NCBI GenBank assembly: GCA_000708835.1
Contig: DF237265.1
Coordinates: 1-64,000, forward strand
DNA from: Klebsormidium nitens
Lineage: Eukaryota; Plantae; Klebsormidiophyceae
Direction of reading: 5' to 3'
DNA length: 64,000 nucleotides
A program made the translations under genes and the position numbers. The notes beneath the pieces were generated by a model. The model was not told the DNA's origin. It saw nothing but the letters and a program-made list of their open reading frames with translations, and did no database searches. Positions 49,201 through 61,500 of the stretch are shown piece after piece (positions within the stretch are counted from its first letter, which is position 1; each line of letters starts with the position of its first letter).

Positions 49201-52200
49201 CCTCCAAGCTGAAACGTTGTTGCGAAAAGTTCGAGAGCGGCTTCCTTGAGGAATCCGGCAGATACTCGACTTCAATCAGTAGAACTCAGAAGTACCATGC
49301 CCTCTGCAACACTACGGATAGAAATAGCATCATTCTTGATGTCTCCATTGCTGATTGAAAACGTGAGCCCTTTGTCAGCGGAATAAGATGCACATCACTC
49401 ACAGACATGCCGGCCTCTCACCAGGGAGGTTCAACAAAACCGATTCATTGCCTCTCTTGTGCAGCTAACTGAAAGAAGTGGAGGTACGTACCTGGCTGCC
49501 AGGATAGCAATGATGGCAAAGAAGGTGAAGCTGACGTGTGTCCAGCTCTGCTCCGTGTTGAAGATGGCCACGCCCATGTAGATGAAGCTGGATACAGGGA
49601 GGCGCAAAAAGCTCAGCCGAAACTTGCAGCCGATATGATATGAGAGAAGAGACTGTCAGAACTCAGGTTAATCTGAGAATTTGAAGACACTGGCATATGC
49701 GGGTATGGAAGAGCTTCCCAGAAGTCTTCAAGTCGAACCTCATAGAAGGAAGTTCCTTCTTCCGTACGAAGATACGCATTCATAACGCACACACGCTGAC
49801 AGACGTACAATTTCTATCATAGAGCGGAATCTCTAGAGTACGCAAGGAAAAAGGAAAGCTGTTGCACTTTTAGCAGGGGCGGGACTCACACAAAGGTCTC
49901 GGCGAGGGTGGCAATCAGGCGGAAGAACTGTGTGACGTTCTCCTGGGCCTTGTCAGAAAGATTGGGAAGAGCGTAGTGCTTCATCAGCTGCAACAAAAGG
50001 AGATTGACGTCAGCACGGCCGCTACAGGAAAGCCACCCCGGCGAGTCAACGAACGTTTCTTTCGATAGGACAACGTTCGTCCCTCGCATCAGATGTGAAG
50101 TATCTTCTAGACCCGCTACTACGCTCGAATGCACGCTCATAGGCATATTGGGACAGCTTCTTCATCAACCACTGCGACTCTAGGTGCTACACGCAGAGAG
50201 CACAGGACACCAGTGGGTGGACCAGATGCAGACCCAATCAATCAGTCGCCATGCACGGGTCTCGAAACAGCTGACAACGGGGCGCCGAATCTGACTGATT
50301 GATCGTACGCACCACTCCGTTGAAGAGGATCGCGACGATCCCGGACAAGCTGAGGCCGTCGGCCATCATGTAGGCGCAGTACGGGAACAGGATCACCAGG
50401 CACGACTCCAAGTTGTGCAGGCTGCGACAATGGGGAGGGCCAGTCAAACTTTAGTCAGACTTCTTATGGCAGCAGTTCGCAACGCCCTATTGAAAACGGT
50501 CTCTTGGTTGTGCCAGTAGCTAGAGTGCGCCCTTACAGTGCCGTTTCATCGATTGCCACGAAACCCTTCTCCGTAGGATAGCAACTACGATCACCTTCAA
50601 ACGGCCAGACAATGAGGACGTGCTGTCAAGAGTAAATGGGGTTAATCTTGAGCGAAGATGCACATGCTTGAGAAAATAAGCGGCTGTGGCAGGGGGCACC
50701 TACTTGTTCACCGCCAACCCAGCGTACTTGAACAGCAGCGCGCAGGCCAACGCAACTACGGTACCTGTACAACCAGACGGAACGGGACTTCTTAGCAGTT
50801 AATGGAGGAAACGGCTTGGAATCATACCCAAAGAGATGCCAGCGGAAATCACAAGGAAGCTGCCGGAGAGGAGACAACTAAATCTTGGTTGGATCGATCA
50901 CGGGATGTTTGAGCCAAGACGCAGCACGATCGAGCTTGCCTAGAAACTTTGATACTGATTCGACGGACAGAGCCACCGTCTTCCAAGTAATACTTCCAAG
51001 AGATGAAGGGGAGGTGGTTTTAATGACGACTTTCTGCCAAGACGGATTTCAGAACTTTCCAACCGAGGACGATGTCTAGCCTGCTTCAAATGCGCCGTTA
51101 GTAAACCCCTGCCCGCTTCCTTCGACTCACCAATCGCTAGCGAGCCCATGAGGATGGTCAGGAAGACCACGGCGGGGTCGTAAATGTTGCGATGCTGCTC
51201 GGGGTTTGCTACGACCGAAACAAGCGTCCTACAAGGATACGGAGACGGGCGGGTTGGACATCGACGCGTCTTGGGGGTTAGTGCCGCCACTCACCTATGG
51301 CTAGGGAGCCCACCAGAATAATGAGGAAGAAAACAATGGGGTCCCTCAGATTAAGCTGGTCAAAGCCGGTGGCCTGAAACGAGAGCAACGTCCTGCACAC
51401 ACGCCCAGACGACGGCTGCTCCGGTGAACGCACCGCTGAGCGAAGGGACGGTGACTTGCAAGCGTTGAGTACTTGATAGTTCACCAGAACACCTGAATGT
51501 TTTCAAAACGTTAGGACAGACGTAGACGTATGACTATTTGAGCATCGTATGAAGAGCCTCGAATGGTGTTGCTGAACTTCGACCAAGATTCAGTGTTCCG
51601 GAATTCTTAGCTGCGACCAGAGAAATCGTTCGGCTCCAGTTCGTCTGCTGAATTCGATTCGTTAGTGCTTGACAGTGGGGCCAACTTGCTTGGAGCAGTC
51701 CAACAAGGGACCAGGGCCACTCTCCTGGCATGTTTGAAACACGTGTAAAGTTCGAAAAGAAGAGCGCTCACCTGTACAGAACGATGGCCACAGCATCGTT
51801 CAAGATGGACTCTCCAAACACAAGGGCATAAAGGTTGACGTCCCCTCCCAGCTCCTGCAAAAACGATGGATATCTTCAAGGCTGGAATGCCACCTGCAAT
51901 CTTTGAAAACGGACTGCGCAGCGCGACAGGCGCTGCCAAATGTTATGCAGGCTTTCGAAACTTCCTGAGCCTCAAGATGAAGAGAAGGACTGATCGAAAA
52001 GTTTTCAAGATGAGTTGTTCTGGAATGAGTCATTTGAATCCACATTCACTGGACGTGAAAGCCACCTGGCCGACTTAAAAGACTCCAGTCAATTGCAATG
52101 CCGTGTGTGCCACGATCACATCCCGCAGATTTCTGGAAGGAATTGTGCAGAATCCCCCCGAGGCGACGTCTGGGTTGAACAACTTTCCATGATCTGTGAA

Positions 52201-54322
52201 GGGTGCTACATGAGTGCTGCATATATGACTAATTTGGGAAACGACACACACAAAATCGTGACTTCGATCTGCTGCGGAGCAGTTCCGGGCGCCCGGCTTC
52301 TCACCTGGAAAATTGCCAGGACCGTCACTGGGTCTGTCGCCGAAATGAGCGCCCCAAAGATAAGGCACTCCACAAAGGGCAGCTGATAACTCAGCCAAAG
52401 GAAGCCCACCACATACCTGCACAATAGTTGTGAGGCTTAAGTGGGAGATTTTCCAAGGACAAAATCTGCCCTTTTAAAAAAATCTGATCAAATAGGAATG
52501 GCATCACTCGAACCTCAGCTCCTTCCGAGTTCACCTTATTGACCAATGATTGGACCCGCAGGCGTGGCGAACAGGTGGAGACCTTAAAGACATGGTTTGC
52601 GGGGATTACAACTAGCAAGTACTGTCTTGCGTAGCAATGACGGCAGCCGAAAAGTGACCGTTTGAAGAGTAGATGGCCAGAATGGGGCTCAATGGGTAGC
52701 TTGGGGACTCACATGATCACGCCGGTCACAATGGCTGCTATGAAGGTCCCCACGAATGCGAAGAGGGCGATGGCCCCAAAGTTTTCAAAGAAGGATTTCT
52801 GCAGAGAACGGGAATTTTCAGGTCTGCATTCTGCGGGGTGCTCTCAAAATCGGCGATCAGTGAACCTGAATGAGCAAGCATAAATGCATCGACAATTCTG
52901 GTGATAGGGGACCCCCCTATTGGCCGCAAATTTCCCTGAGACGAATCCTTGCCCACAGGCAGAGAAAAGATGGCCACTTTGGAGTTGCAATTCACATACA
53001 ATTTCCAGTCATATTGATCGATTCCTGCATCCAACATGTGAGTCTGACGGCTCATTGTCTTGGCAAGCTCACCACTTGAAGACTGAACCCGGACTCAAAT
53101 ATGATGGGAGGAAGCAGGAAGAGCAGAAAGAACTCGTTGCTGAAGTTGAGCCACCGCCTGCAGATCACAGAATTCGCCACGCAATGAAGCTCATTTCTAC
53201 AACCTCATTACAAACCTCTCTGATCGAGTCAGGAGTAGCTCTCCTTGCTGGAATTGGTGAGCAGTACTGGGTCCAGACTAAATGCCTGGCTGTTGCATAT
53301 CATTGAACAATAAGAAAATCATCGAATCTTCGGAGGCATGAAGAAGAGCTGCACATCGTTGAAGTGTCACATCACCTGAAAGCTTCCTCTGTGTTGAAAA
53401 TCCTTGACAGAAGGCCAACCACCACCCCTGCACTTGCATAGTGCCAAGAGTGAGCCCATAATGCATCAGCCCGTACAGAGGTCACTGCAAGATCTGATCT
53501 CTAACGATGTGAAGTTTCACGCCCCTCACCAAGCAGCAGCTCCGTTCTGTAAGCACTGCCCCTGTAAACTGCCCTTCAACAACATGATTAGCCACTTGAG
53601 CATATTCTGTAGCCTTGTTGTTAGTGTGTGCAAACGGGACTGAATCAGAAGGGGGGGGATGTGAGAAAACCCTAATATGCTCGTTGTGCTCTGACGCCCC
53701 TGGCCAGCCTCATATATGCATGCATGTTAAACCATCTGATGCAGATTTTCACAGCGGGGTGGATAGACTGAGGTTTATGAAAACCGACTTGGGCAGACGG
53801 AAGAAGACGGGCATCCCAAAGCAAGAGCTCTAAGGATAGTATTTGTCCCATTCAGTGGTTTGTAGGATGGACGAAGTTGAACGAAATCAATGGTGGAGTT
53901 TTGGATCTTTAGCCGGCATTTGCTTGGTGCTCCAAATTGCTACAGGTGTGTTCTTAGCCATGCATTACACCCCTCATGTAGACCTCGCATTTTTAAGCGT
54001 TGAGCATATTATGCGTGATGTCACTGGAGGAGTGTGACAATGTAATTGCTACCAGGAAAGCTCATGTTTAGATTGTGCCTCATAGGATGAACACATACTC
54101 ACCCATCAAGAGCGCTGATCCTGCTTCATGCATCCAGTATATCTTTCTCCTCCGCAAAATGTGGCCACATACAAACGCTGATCCTAAGAGAACTAACTGC
54201 AGGAGGATTGACAAACTTGCAAACATTTCCGGGTTTGCCGACTTTGCCACCAGATCTTGATGCGTCTGATCTATTGGGGACAGAGGGCTGGGTACAGGAG
54301 TAGGAGAGTTATTGACCTCCAT
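46257..54322 (-). CDS. NHX6: Endosomal (NHX5/6-class) Na+,K+/H+ antiporter, CPA1 family
   Basis: Exon 54103-54322 (MEVNN...[12 protein letters not shown]), then exons encoding [62 protein letters not shown], alternative exons 51295-51392 / 51131-51228, [54 protein letters not shown], and a terminal exon with stop at 46257. Confidence 0.93.
51131..51392 (-). other. Pair of paralogous 98-nt mutually exclusive exons in NHX
   Basis: Exon A 51295-51392 and exon B 51131-51228 both have AG/GTGAGT, are phase 2 in and phase 1 out, are open, and are homologous (xTLxS...DPxVxFLxILxGSLAIG). Confidence 0.88.
53891..54031 (+). pseudogene. cob: NUMT: mitochondrial cytochrome b fragment inside NHX intron 1
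   Basis: Translates [47 protein letters not shown], which is the helix A region of cytochrome b. The flanks are unrelated. Confidence 0.92.
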
Positions 54323-55549
54323 CTTAGAAAAAGGAAATGTAATGCCTTCCATTGATTTTGTTCAGTCCCTCTACAAGTTGTGGCAGAACCCTTTCAATTG
54401 ATCAAGTAACAAACTGAACGTCTATCAACAGCAGCTTCCCCTTCTCTGGTCCTCAAGCGCGCACCCACATCGAGCTGCAACCATACCTCGAGCAATTTCT
54501 ATTCGTAGTATCTTATCTTCATGGAGGGGAGTATTATCCTACAATTTGAACGAGGGCTGGTTTTTTCTAGTGCTCAAGGAGTACCAAACAGCGCCGCCAT
54601 AAGAAAGTGCCACTTGCGCACCACGCTTCACAGATATTGATCGGAGCAGCAGAGGAACTCCCTCACAATCTGCCTCAAAGAGTCTCCCCTGTCAAGTTAC
54701 AGAACCTGGGGGACCCGGGGTACACACATCGACCTCAGATATAATATTGGTCCCCCCCCCTGCCTAAATGCCTGGTCCAGGGCCTTCCGGCACTAAAATC
54801 AGTACCCCCTGCTCGGATGAGATGCGTTCCTGCAGCAGAGGCTTCATGCAGTATCCGGGGTCCGACCAAGGTTTTCGTCCCAGACTATGGTGCCAGATGT
54901 CACAAACAGAGAGATTCTAGCAAACCCTGGCCCAGTCCCTTGCCCGCCAGAGGAAATTTGAATTTGACAGAGTATCATTTTGGTCTTTGTGGAATATGGA
55001 CACCCTGCTTGTGTTCCTCTGAAGGTTGGGTTTGCAGCATTGCTGGTTCCGAAGTCGGTTAGCAAAAATTGCCCATATCAGGTTATATCCATATAAGCCT
55101 CCTTGGACTTCCTTTTAAATAGCTGCAAAAGAACTGCCAACATACTGTGAATGGATAAAGTGTGGCCCATATTAGCTTTGGCATACACGACTTTGAGGGC
55201 CCTTATAAGGAAGGGTCCAAGTGCTTATGCCGCGTGAGCCCTGCCCGCGAGCTGCGCAAAATGTCTCCCTCTCAAATCTTCGCTCATCGCTGGCGCTTTC
55301 GCCCTTTCGGTGCTTGCGAAAGCGCCCTTCCGAGTCCTGATCAGAGGCTAGGTGATCATGGCTGCCGAAGTTGTCCTTGCAGCTGCTTGCAGCAACATGA
55401 TGTCTTTCAGGATTGATTGATAGGGAAGGGGCAAGGGGCACCTCGTGTGTTGAAAGAAACTTTCACCAGATTGAGTTCATTGAAGTAATACAGTCGCTAG
55501 ACATCGTTAGAAGCAGTCCACGAGACAAAGTGACAGCCAATTGGAAGCC
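54323..55549. promoter_or_regulatory. Divergent intergenic/promoter region NHX-MOR1
   Basis: Head-to-head starts 1.2 kb apart. Position only; no motif was validated. The same layout holds for beta-helix/PBF1 (36875-37925) and S18/SET (24680-26264). Confidence 0.5.
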
Positions 55550-58500
55550 ATGGCTGAGAACGAGGAAGCAATTCTGAAGGATGCGAAGAAACTTCCCCTT
55601 GAAGATCGACTTGCGCACAAGCACTGGAAAGCGAGAGTGCAAGCACTTGAAGACATAGCTGTGACCTGTGACAAGGCCACAGATCCCAAGGATCCGAAGC
55701 TGCGGGAATATGGTATGTCAATTCTGACACAAGCTTCCAGAGTCTGTTGCCAACAAGAAGCTTTGACACTGGTCTCTGATTTCCAATGATCGGAAGTAAC
55801 AAGCGACTCGGCTAAGGCCATTGACATTCGCACTCCCTTCCCAGCTAAAGTTGAGGATTAGATGTAGGAAAGCTGTATAACCTTATCGCCGAGGTCCCAT
55901 AGCATACTGAGCTGCCCGCCAAATGCAGGTTGTCGTGAGCATGCTTTGATCCATTTGGACAGGTTGTGGGCAGTGAAAGCATGAATGGTGGTTGGCAATC
56001 GGTAGATATTTCAGGCGAGCAGAGTAGTTCATGTGTCCAGCATACTTACCTTCTCTGCACTGCTTAACGTTCATAAGCTCCAGAGCATTGGCCTTCTAAG
56101 CAAGGCTTAGCGATGTGTTTAAAGACAACCCTAATTCTCGTGCTTCCATGTCTATGGGCCGCAGGCTGCACTTTTGTGCGGTGCATTCAATTAGGTGGTG
56201 CAGAGCATCCTCAATCACTGCCAGGTTATCAAAGGCCGTTCATTTATCAAAAACCCTTGAAAATAACGAGCATTTACTTCTTCCATTGCTCTCATACATA
56301 AGCCCTGCACACTAAACTTATTTTGTCAGAGCGCATTTTGGGAATTCAGTCTCTTTTGGACCCTCCTTCTTTCAGGGCCTCTCTTCAAGAAGGCATTGTC
56401 CGACTCAAACGCTGCGGCTCAGGAGAAGGCGCTTGATGCACTCATCGCCTTTTTGAAGCGCACAGACACAGAGTCAGGAAGGCAAGTATGCCATTCGAAC
56501 CTGTTAATTGGTTGCCTTGCATAAGTTGGATTGCCTTGGAGCACGATGTGAAGTGCTGAGCCATAGTGGCAGCTCAGGCGTGCCACGACAATTGTGCATC
56601 TGCCAACAAGAGAGTCACCATCACAACTATCATGTTCCTCACTCTGCTGAAGTGGTCCAGGTATGCGAGAGAAGTGAACACAGTCCTGGTCTCAAAGTGC
56701 TTCACTGGTCGGCCGAAGACCATAGCAAAAGCCACGGAGGCTATTGAGCTTTTTGTGGAACTTGAGGCGTCAGAAGCTGTGGTGGTGAGCAAACTCTTCG
56801 ATCTTCCACAGATGAAAAGCTGGTTATAATGCCAGCATGCACACCCAAGACTCTGATCTCCCCTGAGTGAGGGTTGCTTTTTTCACGCCATTGGCTGTCA
56901 GGGTGTCCTACCATTTGACTACGTTGAGATACTGGAACCAGTATAGATAAGAGCAGAGTTGTCGTGGCCTGCAACTCTTTGGAAAGCCGCCTGACCAGTG
57001 CACTGAAGATAGAAAGGGGGTTTGACAGCTGCCGTGAAACCCTCTCTTTCAGGAAGTGCTTATCAAGGGCTTCGACAACAAGCTTGCGAAGGTCATCATC
57101 CCAGTGATTGACGCACTTTTCAGCATCATCAGGTAACCCCAGTTTGCACCCCTTTCGATGCCTAACCACTTTCACCAAAGCATAGACTTTCATGCAAGTA
57201 TGTTCTGGGTCTGGCAAATCATGGCTATTTAGCCATCATTGCAGTTGTGATGCTGGCCTCATCGCGATTTCATGCAGCACTGCAAAGTACAGCCTGTGTT
57301 GAAACTGGACAACATGCTTGTGCAGCCAATTTGGTACGAAAGTTGTGAACGTGCGGCCGATACTGAGCAAGGATGCCAAGACGGACAAGCTGTACTTCCA
57401 CTCGGACCAGAAGGTTCGAGCGGCTGCCAAGGGGCTCACCAAGGAGCTGGCGAGGTGGATTGGAGTGGGCCCTGTCAACAACGCCCTGGTTGACAAGATG
57501 CCCGATGTCATGGTAGGTCCACTCTGGGGCAAACAGATTGACCTCCCACAATTCCTGTATCCCTGCATCGCTCATTACTGCACTTTTTGGCTTCTAAAGT
57601 TAGCATCAGAAGCTCCTGTGAATCTCTCTGGAAAATCAACTCACTGCGGTTTGAAAGATCTGTTCGGTGCAAGTGTCTGGGATATGTTGGACCTTGTGTA
57701 AAGCTCGTCCACACCGGTGTCTGCCTGTGTATCGCAGAAAAAGGAGTTGGAGGCAGAGCTGGCAGAGCTTCCAGCCGGAGCGGCGGCGCCAACGAGAAGG
57801 ATACGGTCAGATCATACTTCCTGTTCCCTAGGTTCCACTCACCAGTCAAAAGCTGTCAAAAAGGATAAGCAGCGGCTTCGGCTTCTTTGTACCGGGCGGG
57901 CAAGTTGTTTTGGCTTTGGCTGTCCACTACTCCAGCACACTATGGATCCATAGCCAGAAATGAAAGCTGCTAGGATATGAGATCATTGGCTCCTGGGTCC
58001 CTTGTATGAGAGAAGGCCTGTTCAGCGCTCATCTCGAAGCACCAAATTCGGCCGGTAAAATATCATCCTGGATGTCTTAGACGGCGAGCTTGTATATGCA
58101 GTTCGGAGCAGGACAAGCCCGAGGAAGTAATTGAGGGGCCGGCACCTGGTGCAGCAGCAGATGGCGCCGCCGAAGAAACCAAGGGTATGGGCATACGAAT
58201 TCCCAAATTCTGATGACACGAAGTTGGTAGCGCCTCCTACAAAGTGAATCGTTTCTGAAGAACACTGCAAGTTGGTCAATGGAAGTTATATAAGCAGTCA
58301 ATGAAGGCAACTAGATGATGTGTCGAAAGGTGCACAAAGATGCAATTCTGTCTCCTTTCTGCAGCGGCGGTGCCAGACGAATGGGAATACATGGAGCCGT
58401 TTGACCTTCTGTCGACTTTGAAGAACGACTTCTGGCAAGGAGTGGTAAGTCTGCGTGTTGATGCCGTAGGTCTGAGTTGGGTCTGCACTACAATCCTTTC

Positions 58501-61500
58501 GGAGATGTTTTGGTAGACAACTTTGCTGAACGAAAAGGGAGCTGTGGATCTCAATGTATGCTGTACTCTCCCATCGTGCATACTGCCATGCAGGGATTCG
58601 AGCAGGGGCGTTTGCACCAGTCTCAACGACGTACAGACAATCTCATAAAGCCTGCCGATGGCTTGTTTCAGGTGGCAAAGAAGTGGTCTGACAAGAAGGA
58701 CGTGATAGTCAAGCTGTCGAAGGAGGCGGAGGGAAAGAAGCTTGCCCCTGGGGACTACTCGGAGCTCACTCGGACTTTGAAGAAGGTGAGGGTCCCATTC
58801 ACTCACAACGACTGCGAGCCTTTGCGGAAGTGCCGAAATGTGCCAGATGTCAACCTGCAATGCTCTTCACGACATGGATGTGGCACTTTATGCAGCTTGC
58901 AGTAGCCGGAAAACAAGGGCGATGGTCTTTCAAAAGAGATGCGAGACATCATCATAAAGGGCGCGTGCGCCATAAAAGAGGTGTCTTTGTTGCCAGTTTC
59001 CATGTACGATGATTTCGCTGTCGTACTTTGCAGCTCATGACGGACTCAAATGTTAGTGTCACTACCGAGGCCATCACTGCTGCCGGTCATCTCGCCAAGG
59101 GTCTGCGGAAGGGATATACTGCTGGATCGAGGAATCTTCTGACAACGCTGCTGGTAAGATTTCAGTCTGCGGGACAAGTGTCTGGCTCCCGCTTCTTAGC
59201 CTCGTGCATCTGACACAAGGTTTGGGGGGGTGTTATTTAAGAAGAGGCAATGGCAAAAGCTCAAAACGTTCGCACTGTCATCCTCATTGCGATGTCCCCT
59301 GACCAACCGACTCAGCGGGGATATTGAGCGGAGGACATTGTTCACGGGCCAACTCAACGCCCTGGCTATAAAAACATAGCTCTTGCAGAAGATGCTCAAA
59401 CGTTGATTTAGGAGTTTTGACTCCGTTCCGACGTCGAACGCCCATACATTTGCCCTCGTGCCTGCAGGAGAAGTTCAAGGAAAAGAAAGCGCAAGTCGTG
59501 AAAGAGGCCCAGAGCACGCTGCAAATCATGTACACAGCGGGCTGTCTTGACATGGTGGAAATCCAGGCTGGTAAGTTCCGAGTCCTTGGCTGCTTCATCG
59601 AAAGTGCGAGGTGAAAGCTCTGTGACATGTAAGGCTTTCTATACGGACAGGTAAACTTCTTAGCGTCGTATTCTGATGTGTTTCCTATAAGCCCTACTGT
59701 TCCTGGTAATTGCAAATCCGGAAATGAGGACGGGCTGTGTGAAAATCGTCATATCGATTCTAAGCGCTCCTGTTCCGCAGGCTGTCAATCTGAACCGTAG
59801 CCTGCCGTTGTTGTTATCATTGTTGAGAGAGATAACAAACTTGTGATGCATGCGCAGAGGTCGAAGCTGCGCTGAAGCACAAAGTGCCGTCCGTCAAGTC
59901 GGAGACGCTGGCTTGGATCACTTTCTGCATCGACCAGAGTCCGAAGCCTGTCGTGATTGCCCTGCACAAGGCTGACATGACGACCAAGGTCGCAAACGTG
60001 AGGTCGAAAGCCCTGGTCTGATTCTGCCATCGCTTGCTTCTGTGTTGACGGTTGAATTCAACTCTTACTAGGTGACAGGTACATGATTGTATTCTTCTAT
60101 TGATCCCATAACAGAGCTCTTACTGGACCTGATTAACTTTGCCTTCCTTTGTGTATGCAGTCATTGGTGGACGGCACGGTCGAGGTTCGTGAGGCTGCGT
60201 TCCTCGCCCTTGCAGCAATAGCCAAGGTAGGTCGCCTGATTTTTGCGCCTCTTTCGTCGAAGTACTCCTCGGATGAGCCCATCCAGAATTCCCAGCCTTC
60301 TTGGTCCTCTCTTTACTCGCTCTTGCAAACTATGATTGGAGGATAGTCGTCTGGGCAGCCTGTTGTCCTATTCGTGTAGTACTGTACACGATTGTGAGAG
60401 TTCGGCCTTCGAAATACTTCGTGTCATTCTTGTATAGAAACTGGGGATGGGCCCCCTCAACAAGATTGTGGACACGCTCGATGAGGTCAAGAAGAAGAAG
60501 CTGATGGACATTGTGGCGGCTGTCACAGGAACAGCGCCCGCCGCAAGTAAGCCAATCTGCTTCCCGGTCTCTATACCTCAGAAAATTGTGTTCTCGTGAT
60601 GACGGGCGTACATTGGCTTGAGCTAGGAGTTGCGGGCGGTGGAGAAGTCGCCAGCGTTCGTCTTTGACATTCTTAAAACAGGTACTGACAAGGAGACGTG
60701 CATTTTCCAGCTGGCCCCGCGGCGCCCACGAGCAGTGGGTACGGGCAGACCTCCGGAAGCGCAGCGGTAGGCTCTACAGCAAACGTTTGCCATCCGCAGT
60801 AGTGTTGTTCTGCTCAGTCTTCAGTGGAAGCTGAAATTCACAAGACATCTGGCATGTGAAAGTGCATTCCAGAGCGAAATTTTCGTTAGGGATATGCGTG
60901 TAGCAGTGGTGCAAAAGCTTAGCTTTTTCGCGTTGTGATGCTCTTGTTGTCTCCCGTGGTGACAGGCACCCACAGCACGGATGACAGCGGCAGGAGCTTT
61001 GAGCGGCAAGCGGCCAGCTCTGAAGCCTGTGAGTAATTCGCCTTTGAACGGCCTTCCATCTGGTATGGCTGGATGCTCTTTGCACTCTCTTTCAGTCCAC
61101 GCGTTCATCTCGGATCAAAGAGACCCCTCCCCGGTCTCACAATGCCCGTTGGTGTTTTGCACGTTGTGTGTATTTGCCTAACAACCAGCTTTCTTGGAAC
61201 GATTACGTTCAAAAACGAATTCATGTGCTTCCTCTCACACTGCCATTGAGCAGACGTCCCACCTCAGAAGATCGCGTCTTGCTTGACCACGAGCTTCATT
61301 GGGCTTAAACATCGATTCGTCCAAGACTGAGCAACTGAAATGGACAAGGGCGTTGACACCCGTCTTTGTGCTTCCAATGCAGGTTGCCAAGAAGGTCAAC
61401 ACGGGCGGCCCTGCGACCAAGAAAGGCGAGGGCGCTGGGCCTGCCAAGAGCGCAGCACCGTCCGCAGCGGCTGAGGAAGAAGTTTCGGTGAGGCACTCAG

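Noticed and set aside
52015-52386. Cys-containing plus-strand ORF (CRVCH...CEGC)
   Set aside because: It is antisense to an NHX intron and exon, and the Cys spacing fits no known finger.
54717-54808. GGGGTAC...GTACCCC inverted repeat as a tiny MITE
   Set aside because: The arms are only 7 bp and there is no TSD.
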